Origin: a bacterium
GTDB taxonomy: Bacteria > UBA8248
DNA: 64,000 bases
Reading direction: 5' to 3'
Assembly: GCA_965199855.1 (NCBI GenBank)
Contig: OZ241326.1
Span: forward strand, 1,280,001 to 1,344,000
Made by a program: the position numbers and the translations under genes. Shown here piece after piece: positions 52,210 through 62,288 of this stretch. The notes beneath the pieces are model-generated. The model searched no databases, was not told the DNA's origin, and saw only the letters and a list, made by a program, of their open reading frames with translations. The first letter of the stretch is position 1. Every line of letters starts with the position of its first letter.

Positions 52210-53535
52210 GTGCTTCGTCAAGCCGTTTTCGTCATTCTGGCCGTCCTGGTTCTCGCGGCCGGCGGGTGGGCGACGAGGTGGCTCGTTCTGAACCAGCCCG
52301 TCGCCAAGGTCGCCGCCCCCCCCGCTCCGCGCCGGATCGTGCGCGTCATGCGCCTCAAGAAGCAGGACAGGACGCTCTGGGTGAAGGGCTACGGCTCCGT
52401 GCGGCCCAAGACGGAGCTCTCCGTCGCGCCCCAGGTCTCCGGCCGGGTGGTGAGGCGCGCCCCCGGCTTCAGGACGGGCGGCTTCATCCGGAAGGGGGCG
52501 CTGCTCTTCCAGATCGACCCGGCGGACTACCGCCTCGAAATCGAGCGGCGCAGGGCGGAGATCGTCCGGCTCGAGGCGGACGCCGCCCGCCTCGATCAGG
52601 AGGAGAAGAACTACGACGCCGACCTCGCCATCGCCGAGCGGCACATGAAGGTGGTGAGCGAGGAAGTGCGGCGCAACAGGAGGCTCAGGGGGCAGGGCGT
52701 CATCTCCGCCGGCCAGTATGATCAGTCGCGCCGGAGTTTTCTGCAGCAGGAGATGACGGTTCAGTCCATCCGCAACGCCTTGGCGCTCCTGCCCGTCCGG
52801 CGGATGCAGAAGCGCGCCGCGCTGGAGGCGAGCCGCGCCGCGCTCAGGAAGGCGCGCCTGGAGCTCTCCCGCGCGAGCGTCCGCGCCCCCTTCGACGCGC
52901 GGGTGCGCGAGACGAGCCTGGACGTGGGCGACTTCGCCAGCGCGGGCAGGCCGGTGGGCGTCATCTACGACGTCTCGGCGCTCGAGGTTCCGGTGTCGCT
53001 CCCGGTCGAGGACGCGCGCTGGGCGCTCCCGCGGGCGCGGGGCGCGCTCTTTCCGCGCGACGGGGAGGGGGAGAAGCCCCCCCTGCCCGCCGCCCGGGTG
53101 TCCTGGAGCCGGCTCGGCAGGAAATTCGAGTGGGAGGGCCGCGTCTCCCTCGTGGAGGCCGGGCTGGACGCCTCCACGCGCGCCCTCACCCTCGTGGTGG
53201 AGGTGTCCGAGTCCGCGGAGAGCCGCGCGTCCGGCGAGCGCCCTCCCCTGTTCGTGGGCATGTTCGTTCAGGCGGCGATCGAGGGGGCGGCGCTGCGCGG
53301 CGTGTTCGTGATTCCGCGCGCCGCCCTGCGCGCGGAGGACCGCGTCTATCTCCTGGATGAGGGCAGGCTGCGGATAGCGAAGGCCGAGGTCGTCCGCAAG
53401 GAGGAGGAGGGCGCGGTGATCCGGGGCGGCGTGAGCGAGGGCGACCTGCTCATTCTCTCCCCCGTTCCCGACCCGATTCCCGGCATGAGGCTCGAGGCGC
53501 GCGCCGGGGACGCCGCCGGAGGCGCCGCGCGATGA
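52210..53535 (+). CDS. RND efflux periplasmic adaptor subunit
   Basis: N-terminal TM, PQVSGRV, KG.LLFQIDP.DY, APFD, GMFV, IPRAAL. Confidence 0.9.
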   Translation: MLRQAVFVILAVLVLAAGGWATRWLVLNQPVAKVAAPPAPRRIVRVMRLKKQDRTLWVKGYGSVRPKTELSVAPQVSGRVVRRAPGFRTGGFIRKGALLFQIDPADYRLEIERRRAEIVRLEADAARLDQEEKNYDADLAIAERHMKVVSEEVRRNRRLRGQGVISAGQYDQSRRSFLQQEMTVQSIRNALALLPVRRMQKRAALEASRAALRKARLELSRASVRAPFDARVRETSLDVGDFASAGRPVGVIYDVSALEVPVSLPVEDARWALPRARGALFPRDGEGEKPPLPAARVSWSRLGRKFEWEGRVSLVEAGLDASTRALTLVVEVSESAESRASGERPPLFVGMFVQAAIEGAALRGVFVIPRAALRAEDRVYLLDEGRLRIAKAEVVRKEEEGAVIRGGVSEGDLLILSPVPDPIPGMRLEARAGDAAGGAAR

Positions 53536-56500
53536 GCGGCTTCATCGCCTGGAGCGCCCGCAACACCGTCTTCGCCAACCTGCTGATGAGCATCCTCATC
53601 GTCGTCGGCGTCGTCGCCGTCTTCCAGATCAGGAGCGAGCTGCTCCCCCAGTTCGCCCTCGACAGGGTGAGCGTGAGCGTGGCGTGGGAGGGCGCCAGCC
53701 CCGAGGAGGTGGAAGAGGGCGTCTGCATCAAGATCGAGGAGGCGCTCACCGGCGTGGAGGGCGTGAAGAAGATCACCTCCATCGCCTACGAGCAGCGCTG
53801 CTCCGTGATGGTGGAGCTCTACGCCTGGGTGAAGAACCCCCGGGAGGCGATGGAGGACATCAAGAGCGAGATCGACCGCATCCGCACGCTTCCCGCCGAC
53901 GTCGAGAGCCCCGTCGTCACCGAGGTGAAGCGCGTCAACCAGGTCGTCCACGTCTCGCTTTACGGAGACGTTCCCGAGCGGCTGCTCAAGCGCCGGGCCA
54001 TCGAGATCAAGGACGAGCTCATCGACATTCCCGACATCTCCCGAATCGTGACGCGCGGGCTGAGGGAGTGGGAGATCTCCATCGAGGTCTCCGAGGAGTC
54101 CCTCCGCCGCCACGGCCTCACCTTCGAGCGGCTCTCGGACGTCATCCGCAGGAACGTGCTCGAGCTCTCGGGCGGGGACATCCGCTCGCCCGAGCGCAGA
54201 ATCCGCATCCGCACGCTGGGCAAGCGCTACACGGGGCGCGAGTTCGAGCGCCTCGAAATCCTCACCCGCGAGAACGGGGCGGTTCTCCGGCTCGGCGACG
54301 TCGCCCGCGTGGTGGACGGCTTCGAGGACAGCGACAGGACGGGGCGCTTCAACGGGAAGCCGGGCGCGCTCGTCACGGTCATGCGCACCGAGGAGGAGGA
54401 CGCCGTCGCCATCGCCGGGAAAGTGGATGAATACGTGAAGAAAAAGCGCGCGGAGCTGCCCGAGGGGCTGCATATCGACTCCTGGGCGGACGTGTCGCGC
54501 CTGATCAGGGACAGGCTCAGCCTGCTTCTTCGCAACGGGCGCATCGGCCTCGTCCTCGTCTTCCTCTCGCTGTGGCTGTTTCTGAACATCCGCCTCTCCT
54601 TCTGGGTGGCGATGGGCATTCCCGTCGCCCTGCTGGCCTCGCTCGGGTTCCTGAGCTTCTCCGGCGGCTCGCTCAACATGCTCACCATGTTCGCCTTCAT
54701 CATGGTGCTGGGCATCGTGGTGGACGACGCCATCGTCGTGGCCGAGAACATCTACTCCCACATGCAGCGGGGAAAGCCGCCGGTGCAGGCCGCCATCGAC
54801 GGCTGCCTCGAGGTGCTGCGGCCGGTGACGGCCACGGTCGTTACCTCCATCGTCGCCTTCATCCCCCTGATGATGATCGAGGGAACCATCGGGAAGTTCA
54901 TGGCGGTGCTTCCGGCGGCCATCATCGCCGCCCTCATCGCCTCCCTCATCGAGTCGCTCTTCGTTCTGCCGGCGCACCTGGGCCACTGGGTGCGCCCGCC
55001 CCGGGAGCGCACGATCGCCGCGCGGCTCCGGGGCGCCGTGGACGGGGCGATGGACTGGCTCATCCACGTCTGCTACGCGCGGATTCTGCGCTTCTGCCTG
55101 AGCGCGAGATACCTCGTCGTCGCCCTCGCCGTGGCGACCTTCATGGTGACGATGGGGCTGGCGATAGGCGGGCACGCGCGCTTCCTGTTCTTCCCGAAGT
55201 TCGACTCGGACTTCATCGAGTCCAGGCTCCTGTTTCCGCAGGGAACCCCGATTGAGCGCACGCGCGCCGCGGCGCGGCGCATCGAGGCGGCGGCGCTCTC
55301 GCTCAACGAGTCGCTGCGCTCGAAGACGGGCGAGCCGGTCGTCCGGAAGGTGTTCACGGCGCTGGGCGAGCAGGTGGGCGAGGGCGGCAGGAGCGTCGGA
55401 CAGGGAAGCCACACGGCGCAGGTCATCGTAGAGCTGCTGCCCTCGGAGGACAGGGGAATCGCCTCGGAGGAGATCACCGCGCGCTGGCGCGCCGGCGCGG
55501 GCGAGGTGGCCGACGTCATCAGCCTCACGTTCGGCTCCTCGCGGAACCGGCCGCTCGGCGGCAAGGCCATCCAGGTGCAGTTCTACGGCGAGGAGGTCGG
55601 GCCGATCCGCGGCGCGGCGCTCGCCCTCCGCGAGCGGCTGCGGAAATACCCGGGCGTCTATGAGATTCAGGACGACTTCCGCCCCGGCAAGTTCGAGTTC
55701 CAGGCCTCGCTCAAGCCGCAGGCGCGCTCGCTGGGCGTGAGCCTGGAGAATCTGGCGCGGCAGCTGCGCGCGCGCTTCTTCGGGCTGGAGGTTCTGCGCC
55801 TCCAGCGCGGGCGCGACGACGTGAAGGTGAAGCTGCGCTATCCGCCGGAGGAGCGGCGCTCCCTGGAGGACGTGCGGAACGCGAGAATCATCACCGCCTC
55901 GGGCGCGGAGATTCCCTTCGGCGAGGCCGCGGAGGTGAGGATCGTCCGGGGGCTGGACGAGATCAAGCGCGTGGACAGGCGGCGGGTGGTCACCGTGACG
56001 GCCGACGTGGACCCCGACCGCGCCAATCCCACCGAGGTGATGAACGACCTGCGGGCGAATTTCCTGCCCGGCCTCCCAGGGCGCTTCGAGGGGGTGCGCT
56101 TCCGAATCGAGGGCCACGCGAAGGAGACGAAGGACTCGACCGCCAGCCTGTTCCGCGGCTTCGCCCTCGCGGCGGCCATCATTTTCGCCGTCCTCGCCAC
56201 GCTGTTCCGAAGCTACTTCCAGCCCCTGATCGTGATGAGCGCCATTCCCTTCGGGATCGTGGGCGCGATATGGGGACACATCATCATGGGCTACGACATC
56301 TCCATCCTGAGCATGATGGGCATCGTGGCGCTCTCGGGCGTCGTGGTGAACGACTCCCTCGTGCTGCTGGACTTCGCGAACCAGCGCGTCGCGGACGGCA
56401 TGGAGGTCGAGGAGGCGCTCCATCTGGCCGGCGTCTCCAGGTGGCGGGCGGTGATTATCACGACGCTCACGACGGCGGCGGGGCTGGGGCCGATGATGCT

Positions 56501-56717
56501 CGAGCGCAGCTTCCAGGCGCAGTTCCTGGTGCCCATGGCGATCAGCATGTGCTTCGGCCTGCTGTTCGCCACGGTCATCACCCTCGTCCTCGTCCCGGTG
56601 ATCTCCCTCATCGGAAACGACGTCGGGCGCCTTTGCTGGCGCGTCCGCGCGGGCGCGTGGCTGACGAGGGAGGAGGTGGACGCCCACTCCCCGCAGAGAG
56701 TACGGGCGCGCGCCTGA
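53532..56717 (+). CDS. RND efflux permease (AcrB/AcrD/AcrF family)
   Basis: GASPEEVE, GIVVDDAIVVAEN, SYFQP, GVVVNDSLV, RWRA...TTLTT. Confidence 0.95.
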   Translation: MSGFIAWSARNTVFANLLMSILIVVGVVAVFQIRSELLPQFALDRVSVSVAWEGASPEEVEEGVCIKIEEALTGVEGVKKITSIAYEQRCSVMVELYAWVKNPREAMEDIKSEIDRIRTLPADVESPVVTEVKRVNQVVHVSLYGDVPERLLKRRAIEIKDELIDIPDISRIVTRGLREWEISIEVSEESLRRHGLTFERLSDVIRRNVLELSGGDIRSPERRIRIRTLGKRYTGREFERLEILTRENGAVLRLGDVARVVDGFEDSDRTGRFNGKPGALVTVMRTEEEDAVAIAGKVDEYVKKKRAELPEGLHIDSWADVSRLIRDRLSLLLRNGRIGLVLVFLSLWLFLNIRLSFWVAMGIPVALLASLGFLSFSGGSLNMLTMFAFIMVLGIVVDDAIVVAENIYSHMQRGKPPVQAAIDGCLEVLRPVTATVVTSIVAFIPLMMIEGTIGKFMAVLPAAIIAALIASLIESLFVLPAHLGHWVRPPRERTIAARLRGAVDGAMDWLIHVCYARILRFCLSARYLVVALAVATFMVTMGLAIGGHARFLFFPKFDSDFIESRLLFPQGTPIERTRAAARRIEAAALSLNESLRSKTGEPVVRKVFTALGEQVGEGGRSVGQGSHTAQVIVELLPSEDRGIASEEITARWRAGAGEVADVISLTFGSSRNRPLGGKAIQVQFYGEEVGPIRGAALALRERLRKYPGVYEIQDDFRPGKFEFQASLKPQARSLGVSLENLARQLRARFFGLEVLRLQRGRDDVKVKLRYPPEERRSLEDVRNARIITASGAEIPFGEAAEVRIVRGLDEIKRVDRRRVVTVTADVDPDRANPTEVMNDLRANFLPGLPGRFEGVRFRIEGHAKETKDSTASLFRGFALAAAIIFAVLATLFRSYFQPLIVMSAIPFGIVGAIWGHIIMGYDISILSMMGIVALSGVVVNDSLVLLDFANQRVADGMEVEEALHLAGVSRWRAVIITTLTTAAGLGPMMLERSFQAQFLVPMAISMCFGLLFATVITLVLVPVISLIGNDVGRLCWRVRAGAWLTREEVDAHSPQRVRARA

Positions 56718-56869
56718 TGCGCTAGACTTGCGGGGCGGCTCCATCGCCCCGCCCCGCGCGCGGGGGAAACGTTCCGGCGGCTCCCGCGCCGCCGCTCCGA
56801 AGAAGCAAGGAGAGCGAATTCATGCCTTCGCGGTTCGACGTTCGCTACGGCGAGGAGGTGGGGGACAGG

Positions 56870-57921
56870 ATGGAGGCGGTCGTGATGACCGCCCCCGGCG
56901 AGCTCGAGGTCCGGTCGGTTCCCGTCCCCGAACCCGATATAGGAGAAGTCCTCGTCAAGGTGGAATGCGCGACGATCTGCGGCACGGACGTCGAGATTAT
57001 CAAGGGAAGCCACCTTCCGCGCTGGCCGCCCCGCCTGCCGGCGATTCTGGGGCACGAGTGGGCGGGGAGAATCGTCGCCATGGGCCCGATGACCGAGGGC
57101 TTCGGCCTCGAGATGGGCGACGCCGTGGCGGGGACGAGCCACGCGGGCTGCGGCGCCTGCCGCATGTGCCTCATCGGCCGCTACAACCTCTGCTTCAACT
57201 ACGGAAACGAGGCGACCGGCCACAGGCAATACGGGCACGTCTCGCAGGGCGCCTACGCGGAGTACGTCGCCAACAACGTCCGCGCCCTGCACCGGATGCC
57301 CGAGGGAATGTCCTTCGAGCATGGCTCGGCGGTGGACCCGGCGGGTTGCGGCCTGTGGACGGCGAAGCGCGCGGGCGTCAACCCCGGCGATACGGTCGTG
57401 GTGCTGGGCTCGGGGCCCATCGGCGTCTTCGCCTACGAGTCGGCGCGCGCGCTGGGGGCGGGCCGCGTCATCGTCGTGGGCGGCGGCAGGCGGCTCGAGA
57501 TTCTGGCGGAGCAGGGCGCGGAGGTCGTGAACTACCGGGAGGGCGGCGTGCCCGAGCGCATCGGGGAGATGACCGAGGGCGCGGGGCGAACGTCGTGCTC
57601 GAGACGGCGGGCTCCACGGAGAGCTTCAAATGGAGCGTGGACTGCGGCGGCAAGGGGGCGCGCGTGGCCATCACCGGCATCCCGGAGAACATCCCCGACC
57701 TGGCGTGGAGGCGCGTGGTGCTCGAGGAGATGGATGTATTCGGGGTGCGGGCGAACCCGAACTGCGGGGACGAGGCGATAGCCCTCATCCACGCGGGCAG
57801 AATCCGGGTGGACCCCTACGTCACGCACCGCTTCGCGCTCAAGGACTACCAGGAGGCGCACGACGCCTTCGCCGCGCGCAGGGACGGCGCCCTGCTCGTG
57901 AACCTCACGCCGGGAGCCTAG
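56870..57921 (+). pseudogene. Zn-dependent alcohol/sugar dehydrogenase with a single-base frameshift near 57583
   Basis: CGTD, GHEWAG, CGACRMC..G..NLC, GSGPIG in one frame; ANVVLETAG...VTHRF continues in the other frame. Confidence 0.8.
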
Positions 57922-57927
57922 GCGAAA

Positions 57928-58329
57928 ATGGCGCAAGACGGGATGAAATACGGCGCGAGGATGATAGCGGAGGCCAGGCTCGAGACCGCGCCGAACCCCT
58001 CGAAGGGGCGCGACTACGTCGTCGAGTTCGAGATTCCCGAGTTCACCTGCCTCTGCCCGATCAGCAATTTTCCCGACTTCGCGACCATTCGCGTCAAATA
58101 CGTCCCGGCGGAGAAGATCGTGGAGTTGAAATCTCTCAAACTCTACATCAATAATTACCGGGATCGGGAAATTTTCCACGAGCAGGCGGTGACCGAGATT
58201 CTGGGCGACCTGGTGGCGGCCTGCGCGCCCAGGTGGGCGTGGGTGGAGGGCGACTTCAACGTGCGCGGAAACATCAAGACCCGCGTTCGCGCCGCCCACG
58301 GCGAGCGGCCGCCGGGGGCGCCCGAGTAG
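57928..58329 (+). CDS. queF: preQ0 reductase (type I QueF)
   Basis: EFTCLCP...PDFA, VELKSLKLY, FHE, F.VRG.I. Confidence 0.94.
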   Translation: MAQDGMKYGARMIAEARLETAPNPSKGRDYVVEFEIPEFTCLCPISNFPDFATIRVKYVPAEKIVELKSLKLYINNYRDREIFHEQAVTEILGDLVAACAPRWAWVEGDFNVRGNIKTRVRAAHGERPPGAPE

Positions 58330-58431
58330 GGGCGCGGCCGGAGGGCGGGCGAACCGGAGGGGCTCCCGCGCGAATGCGGGGAAAATGGGAAAAGCGAGAA
58401 TCTTTCAGCCGCATATCTCCATGAGGTGAAC

Positions 58432-60681
58432 ATGACGGACTACAAGGTGGCGGGCCTGGGCCACGCCCGAATCGACGCGCCGGACAAGGCGGCCGGAAGC
58501 GCGCAATACGCGGCGGACGTGCCCTCGGGCCGCGCGCTGACGGGCCTCGTTCTGGGAAGCCCGCACGCTTACGCGAAGGTCAAGAGCGTGGACGCCGCCG
58601 AGGCGCGGCGGGTCCCCGGCGTCCGCGCCGTTCTCACGCGCGAGGAGGCGCCCCGCATCCGCTTCGGGGCGAACATCAAGGATCAGAGCTGGTTCGCCCA
58701 GGACGGCTTCGTCCGCTACGGCGGGGAGCCGGTGGCCGCCGCCGCCGCCGAGGACGTGGACGCCGCCCAGGCGGCGCTCGAGCTGATTCGCGTGGAATAC
58801 GAGCCGCTCGAGCCCGTGGTGGACGGCCTTGCGAGCCGCGCCGGGGAGGGCCTCGCCGTCCACGAGGACTGGCGAAAGCTGAACCTCGGCCCGGGCGGGA
58901 AGAAGAACGTCATCGCCCGCTTCGAGAAGGAAATCGGGGACGCGGACGCGGGCTTCCGCGAGGCGGATCGCGTCTTCGAGCACGCCTTCTCCACCCCGTT
59001 CGTCCACGCCGGCTACATCGAGCCGCACGCCTGCGCGGCCGAGGCGGGCGCGGACGGGAAGGTCACCATCTGGACGACCACCCAGGACGCCTGGGCGATC
59101 CGCGCGGACGTGGCCGAGGCGCTCGGGGTTCCGGCGACGCGGGTGCGCGTCGTCCCCACGGAGATCGGCGGCGGCTTCGGCGCGAAGCTCAAGAGCGTCT
59201 ATGAGCACATCGCCGCGCTTCTGGCGCTCAGGACGGGCCGCCCCGTGCGCATGGAGATGAGCCGCGAGGCGGACCACGCCGGCGTGAACCCCAGGCATCC
59301 GCACTTCATCACCATCCGCACGGGCGTGAAGAACGACGGGACGCTCACCGCGCGCGAGCTCGACGTCACGATGGATCACGGCGCCTACGGGCGGGGGGCG
59401 CCGTTTCAGTGCAGCAGCAAGATGCTCATGGGCTCCTCCTCCTACCGCATTCCCAACGTGCGGATTCGCGCCTGCACCGTCTACACCAACGGGCCCGTCT
59501 GCGGCCCGGTGCGCGCCCCGAGCGGCCCCCAGTATCACTTCGCCACCGAGGTGCAGATGGACATCATCGCGCGCGAGATGGGCATCGATCCCCTGGAGAT
59601 CAGGCGAATCAACGCGCTGCGCCCCGGGGACGAGACGCTCGCCGGCGCGGAGGCGAACCCCTCCATGCGCGGCGTGCTCGACTCGACGGCGGCCGAGAGC
59701 CGGTGGGGCGGACGCCCCGAGGCGAACGGCGCGCTCGAGGGCGAGGGCTGGAAGCTCGGGCGCGGCATCGCCTGCGGCTACTGGCCGGGGCCGGGCGAGG
59801 CGTCCAGCTGCTCCGCCCGCCTGAACCAGGACGGCACCGTCCACGTGATCGCGGGGACGGTGAACCTCACCGGCATGAGCACCTCCATCTGCCAGCTGGC
59901 GGCGGAGGAGCTGGGCGTGAGCCTCGACGCGGTGCGCTACGTGAGCGGCGACACGGATTCCGTACCCGAATCCTCGGCGGCGTCGGGCAGCAAGGCGACG
60001 CGCGCGGTGGGCATGGCGGCGCTCGCCGCGGCGCGCGACCTGCGCGAGAAGATTCTGAGCGTGGCGGGCGTTGCGCTCGAGGCGTCGGCGGACGATCTGG
60101 TTCTCGAGGACGGGCGGGTGAAGGTCGCCTCGGCGCCGGATCGCTCCCTCACCCTCGCGGAGGCGGCGCAGGCGGCGCCCGCGATTCAGGGGTTCCTCAT
60201 CGGGCAGGGCGAGAGCGCGAAGCCGCCCCCGTGTCCGATACACACCGCGCAGGTGGCGGACGTGGCCGTCCACCCCGAGCTCGGCGAAATCCGGGTGCTG
60301 CGCCTCACGTGCGTGCAGGACGTGGGCTTCGCCATCAACCCGCTCTCCGTGGTCGGGCAGATCGAAGGCGCGATGCTCCAGGGGCTGGGCCTCGCCCTCA
60401 TGGAGGAGCAGCCCCGCCGCCCGGACGGAAACCTCCACGGCGAGACCCTGCACGAATACCTCCTCCCCACGAGCATGGACGTGCCGGAGCTCCGCGCCGT
60501 CCTCTACGACAACCCGGCCGAGGACACGCCCTACGGGATGCGGGGGGTGGGGGAGCCGCCCATCGTGGCGACGGCCGCCGCCATCGTGAACGCGATTCAG
60601 GACGCCGTGGGAGCCCCCGTGTTCTCCCTGCCCGTCGGCCCCCACCACATACGCGAGGCGCTGGCGGGGAGCGGCGCGTGA
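58432..60681 (+). CDS. Xanthine dehydrogenase-family molybdopterin-binding subunit
   Basis: K..G.A.Y..D, SPHA.A, VRY.GEPVA, GGGFG.K, RAP, AINP....GQIEG, GVGEPP. Confidence 0.92.
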   Translation: MTDYKVAGLGHARIDAPDKAAGSAQYAADVPSGRALTGLVLGSPHAYAKVKSVDAAEARRVPGVRAVLTREEAPRIRFGANIKDQSWFAQDGFVRYGGEPVAAAAAEDVDAAQAALELIRVEYEPLEPVVDGLASRAGEGLAVHEDWRKLNLGPGGKKNVIARFEKEIGDADAGFREADRVFEHAFSTPFVHAGYIEPHACAAEAGADGKVTIWTTTQDAWAIRADVAEALGVPATRVRVVPTEIGGGFGAKLKSVYEHIAALLALRTGRPVRMEMSREADHAGVNPRHPHFITIRTGVKNDGTLTARELDVTMDHGAYGRGAPFQCSSKMLMGSSSYRIPNVRIRACTVYTNGPVCGPVRAPSGPQYHFATEVQMDIIAREMGIDPLEIRRINALRPGDETLAGAEANPSMRGVLDSTAAESRWGGRPEANGALEGEGWKLGRGIACGYWPGPGEASSCSARLNQDGTVHVIAGTVNLTGMSTSICQLAAEELGVSLDAVRYVSGDTDSVPESSAASGSKATRAVGMAALAAARDLREKILSVAGVALEASADDLVLEDGRVKVASAPDRSLTLAEAAQAAPAIQGFLIGQGESAKPPPCPIHTAQVADVAVHPELGEIRVLRLTCVQDVGFAINPLSVVGQIEGAMLQGLGLALMEEQPRRPDGNLHGETLHEYLLPTSMDVPELRAVLYDNPAEDTPYGMRGVGEPPIVATAAAIVNAIQDAVGAPVFSLPVGPHHIREALAGSGA

Positions 60682-60716
60682 AGCCCGTCCGAACCTTCCT
60701 GTGAGGAGAGAATCCC

Positions 60717-61382
60717 ATGCCCGTGGACGAAGCGACGAGCCTGCCCGACAGCCTGGGCGTGACCGACGAGATGATGGCGTGTCCGCTGCCGCGCCTGCCC
60801 TTCGTCGCGCCCGAAGCCGTGCCCGATGAACTGAAGGAGGAGCTCGACCCCCTCTATGCGTGGGCGAAGCGGATGTGGGGCACCGTCCCGCGCTTCCTCC
60901 AGCTGCTGGGAAATTCGCCCCCCACCGTGGAGGGGTGGATGCTGCTCGACCAGAAGCTGCGCACGAACCGTCTGAAGACGGAGCCGGACTACATCCGCCT
61001 CATGGAGCTCGTCATCGTCAAGACGGCCATCCTCACGGAGTGCAACAACTGAATCGGGCACAACGTGGAGCTCGGTCGGGCTCTGGGCCTCAGCCAGGAG
61101 CAGATCAACCTGCTCGAGGGCGACGGCTGGCGGGACAGCGAGGCGTTCGACGAGAAGGAGAAGGCCGTCGTCCGGTGGGCGGACGAGGTCTCGAAGCTCA
61201 CGGCGAAGAACAACGACTTCGCCTTCGCCGAGATGAAGAAGCACTTCACCGATCGCCAGATCGTGGAGCTCACCTTCATCTGCGGCATGTGGCACCTCTC
61301 GGGCAGGCTCGCCGAGGCGCTTCACCTGGTGGTGGAGCCTCCGGGCGGGCGCATCGAATTTCAGAAAGAGGACATGGCGTAG
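60717..61382 (+). CDS. AhpD/carboxymuconolactone decarboxylase-family protein, probable selenoprotein (CNNU, Sec at codon 112)
   Basis: ORFs 60717-61052 and 61065-61382 are in the same frame separated by one TGA (61050-61052) at the second position of the CxxC motif; ELVI..TA...C..U..H, F...EKA...WAD, HFTD.QIVELT. Confidence 0.8.
61067..61084 (+). promoter_or_regulatory. Candidate bacterial SECIS hairpin
   Basis: (G)GAGCTC-GGTC-GGGCTC(T); G-first apical loop starting 22 nt after the UGA. Confidence 0.6.
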
Positions 61383-61514
61383 GCGGCCGGTTCCGGCTCC
61401 CTCCGAACCGTTGACGGCGCATGGGGGCGAACCGCCCCGCAATCCCTCCTCCCTGTCGCGCCCGTTTTGACGCCGGAGGGACGGAGGCGCGCGCCGCCGG
61501 CGCATTGCCCGCCT

Positions 61515-61597
61515 GATGGAAAAACAAAGGCTTAAGAGGTTTTTTTGATGAAAAAGGATGAAAAAAGCGTTGCATTTTCCGAAAAATCGGCTATACT
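61515..61597 (+). promoter_or_regulatory. Strong sigma-70-like promoter with A-tract UP element
   Basis: GATGAAAAA twice at 10-bp spacing, then TTGCAT(61570)-16 bp-TATACT(61592). Confidence 0.65.
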
Positions 61598-61671
61598 CGC
61601 CCGCTTTGTCGCGCCGCCTCCGGCGAAAGCGGGGCGCGCGCGCATCGGGCCGCCCACGCAGCGAGGACGAC

Positions 61672-61842
61672 ATGATCGAATTGAAGGATGACAGCGCAGC
61701 CGTTCTGAACCGGGAATTTTTCGCGGAGGCCGGAGACGCCCTCCCCGCCGATCTCGCCGACTATGACGCGCCGGACAAGGGAGCGGGCGAGTACGCCTCC
61801 ATCCTGAGCGACGGCGAGGGGGGAGTCGCCCCCGCCTCGTAG
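61672..61842 (+). CDS. Hypothetical 56-aa acidic peptide
   Basis: GAGGA RBS, own promoter and terminator, mostly GC-ending codons. Confidence 0.65.
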   Translation: MIELKDDSAAVLNREFFAEAGDALPADLADYDAPDKGAGEYASILSDGEGGVAPAS

Positions 61843-61863
61843 CGGCGCCTCCCGTCGAGGGAG

Positions 61864-61908
61864 AAAAAGACGACGCCCGGCCGCTTCCATCGGCCGGGCG
61901 TCTTTTTT
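61864..61908. terminator. Intrinsic (bidirectional) terminator
   Basis: GACGCCCGGCCG-7 nt loop-CGGCCGGGCGTC followed by T6 and preceded by A5. Confidence 0.85.
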
Positions 61909-61932
61909 CGGACAACTGAACCAAATCCGACT

Positions 61933-62288
61933 CTACTTGTTCTTGCCTTTCTCCTCGAATTTCACTTTCGGAGCCGGAAGGTCGCATTTCTTTCCAGCGG
62001 CCGGGTTCCTCAGAATCTTGTTGCCGCTTCCCTGCCCTTGAGGTCCATAAAGAACCAGGGAACCACGATCAAAGCCCCCACGATTCCCATCCCTACGTTC
62101 TTCCTGAACGTCTTGTTTTTCTCCTTCGTCAACTTGATGATCTCATCCTCGTTCGCCGCGATCTCCGCAACGAGACTCTTGCAGGAACGCTTCTCGTCTC
62201 CCGGTTGGTGCGTCGGAATCGTCCTCGGCGCCGACCCCGCGCATCCCGTCAACGCCAACGACAGCAAAACCGCCGTGACCCTTCGCAT
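61933..62288 (-). pseudogene. Small lipoprotein, apparently frameshifted near its C-terminus
   Basis: Lipobox LTGC; ORF stops at 62010 but another frame continues NKILRNPAAGKKCDLPAPKVKFEEKGKNK to 61933. Confidence 0.55.

Noticed and set aside
57900-57930. preQ1 riboswitch upstream of queF
   Set aside because: Only 6 bp separate the upstream stop from the queF start, and no consensus is visible
58432-60681. Aerobic CO dehydrogenase CoxL
   Set aside because: Active-site loop is PVRAPSGPQ rather than AYRCSFR/AYRGAGR, and no coxMS genes are adjacent
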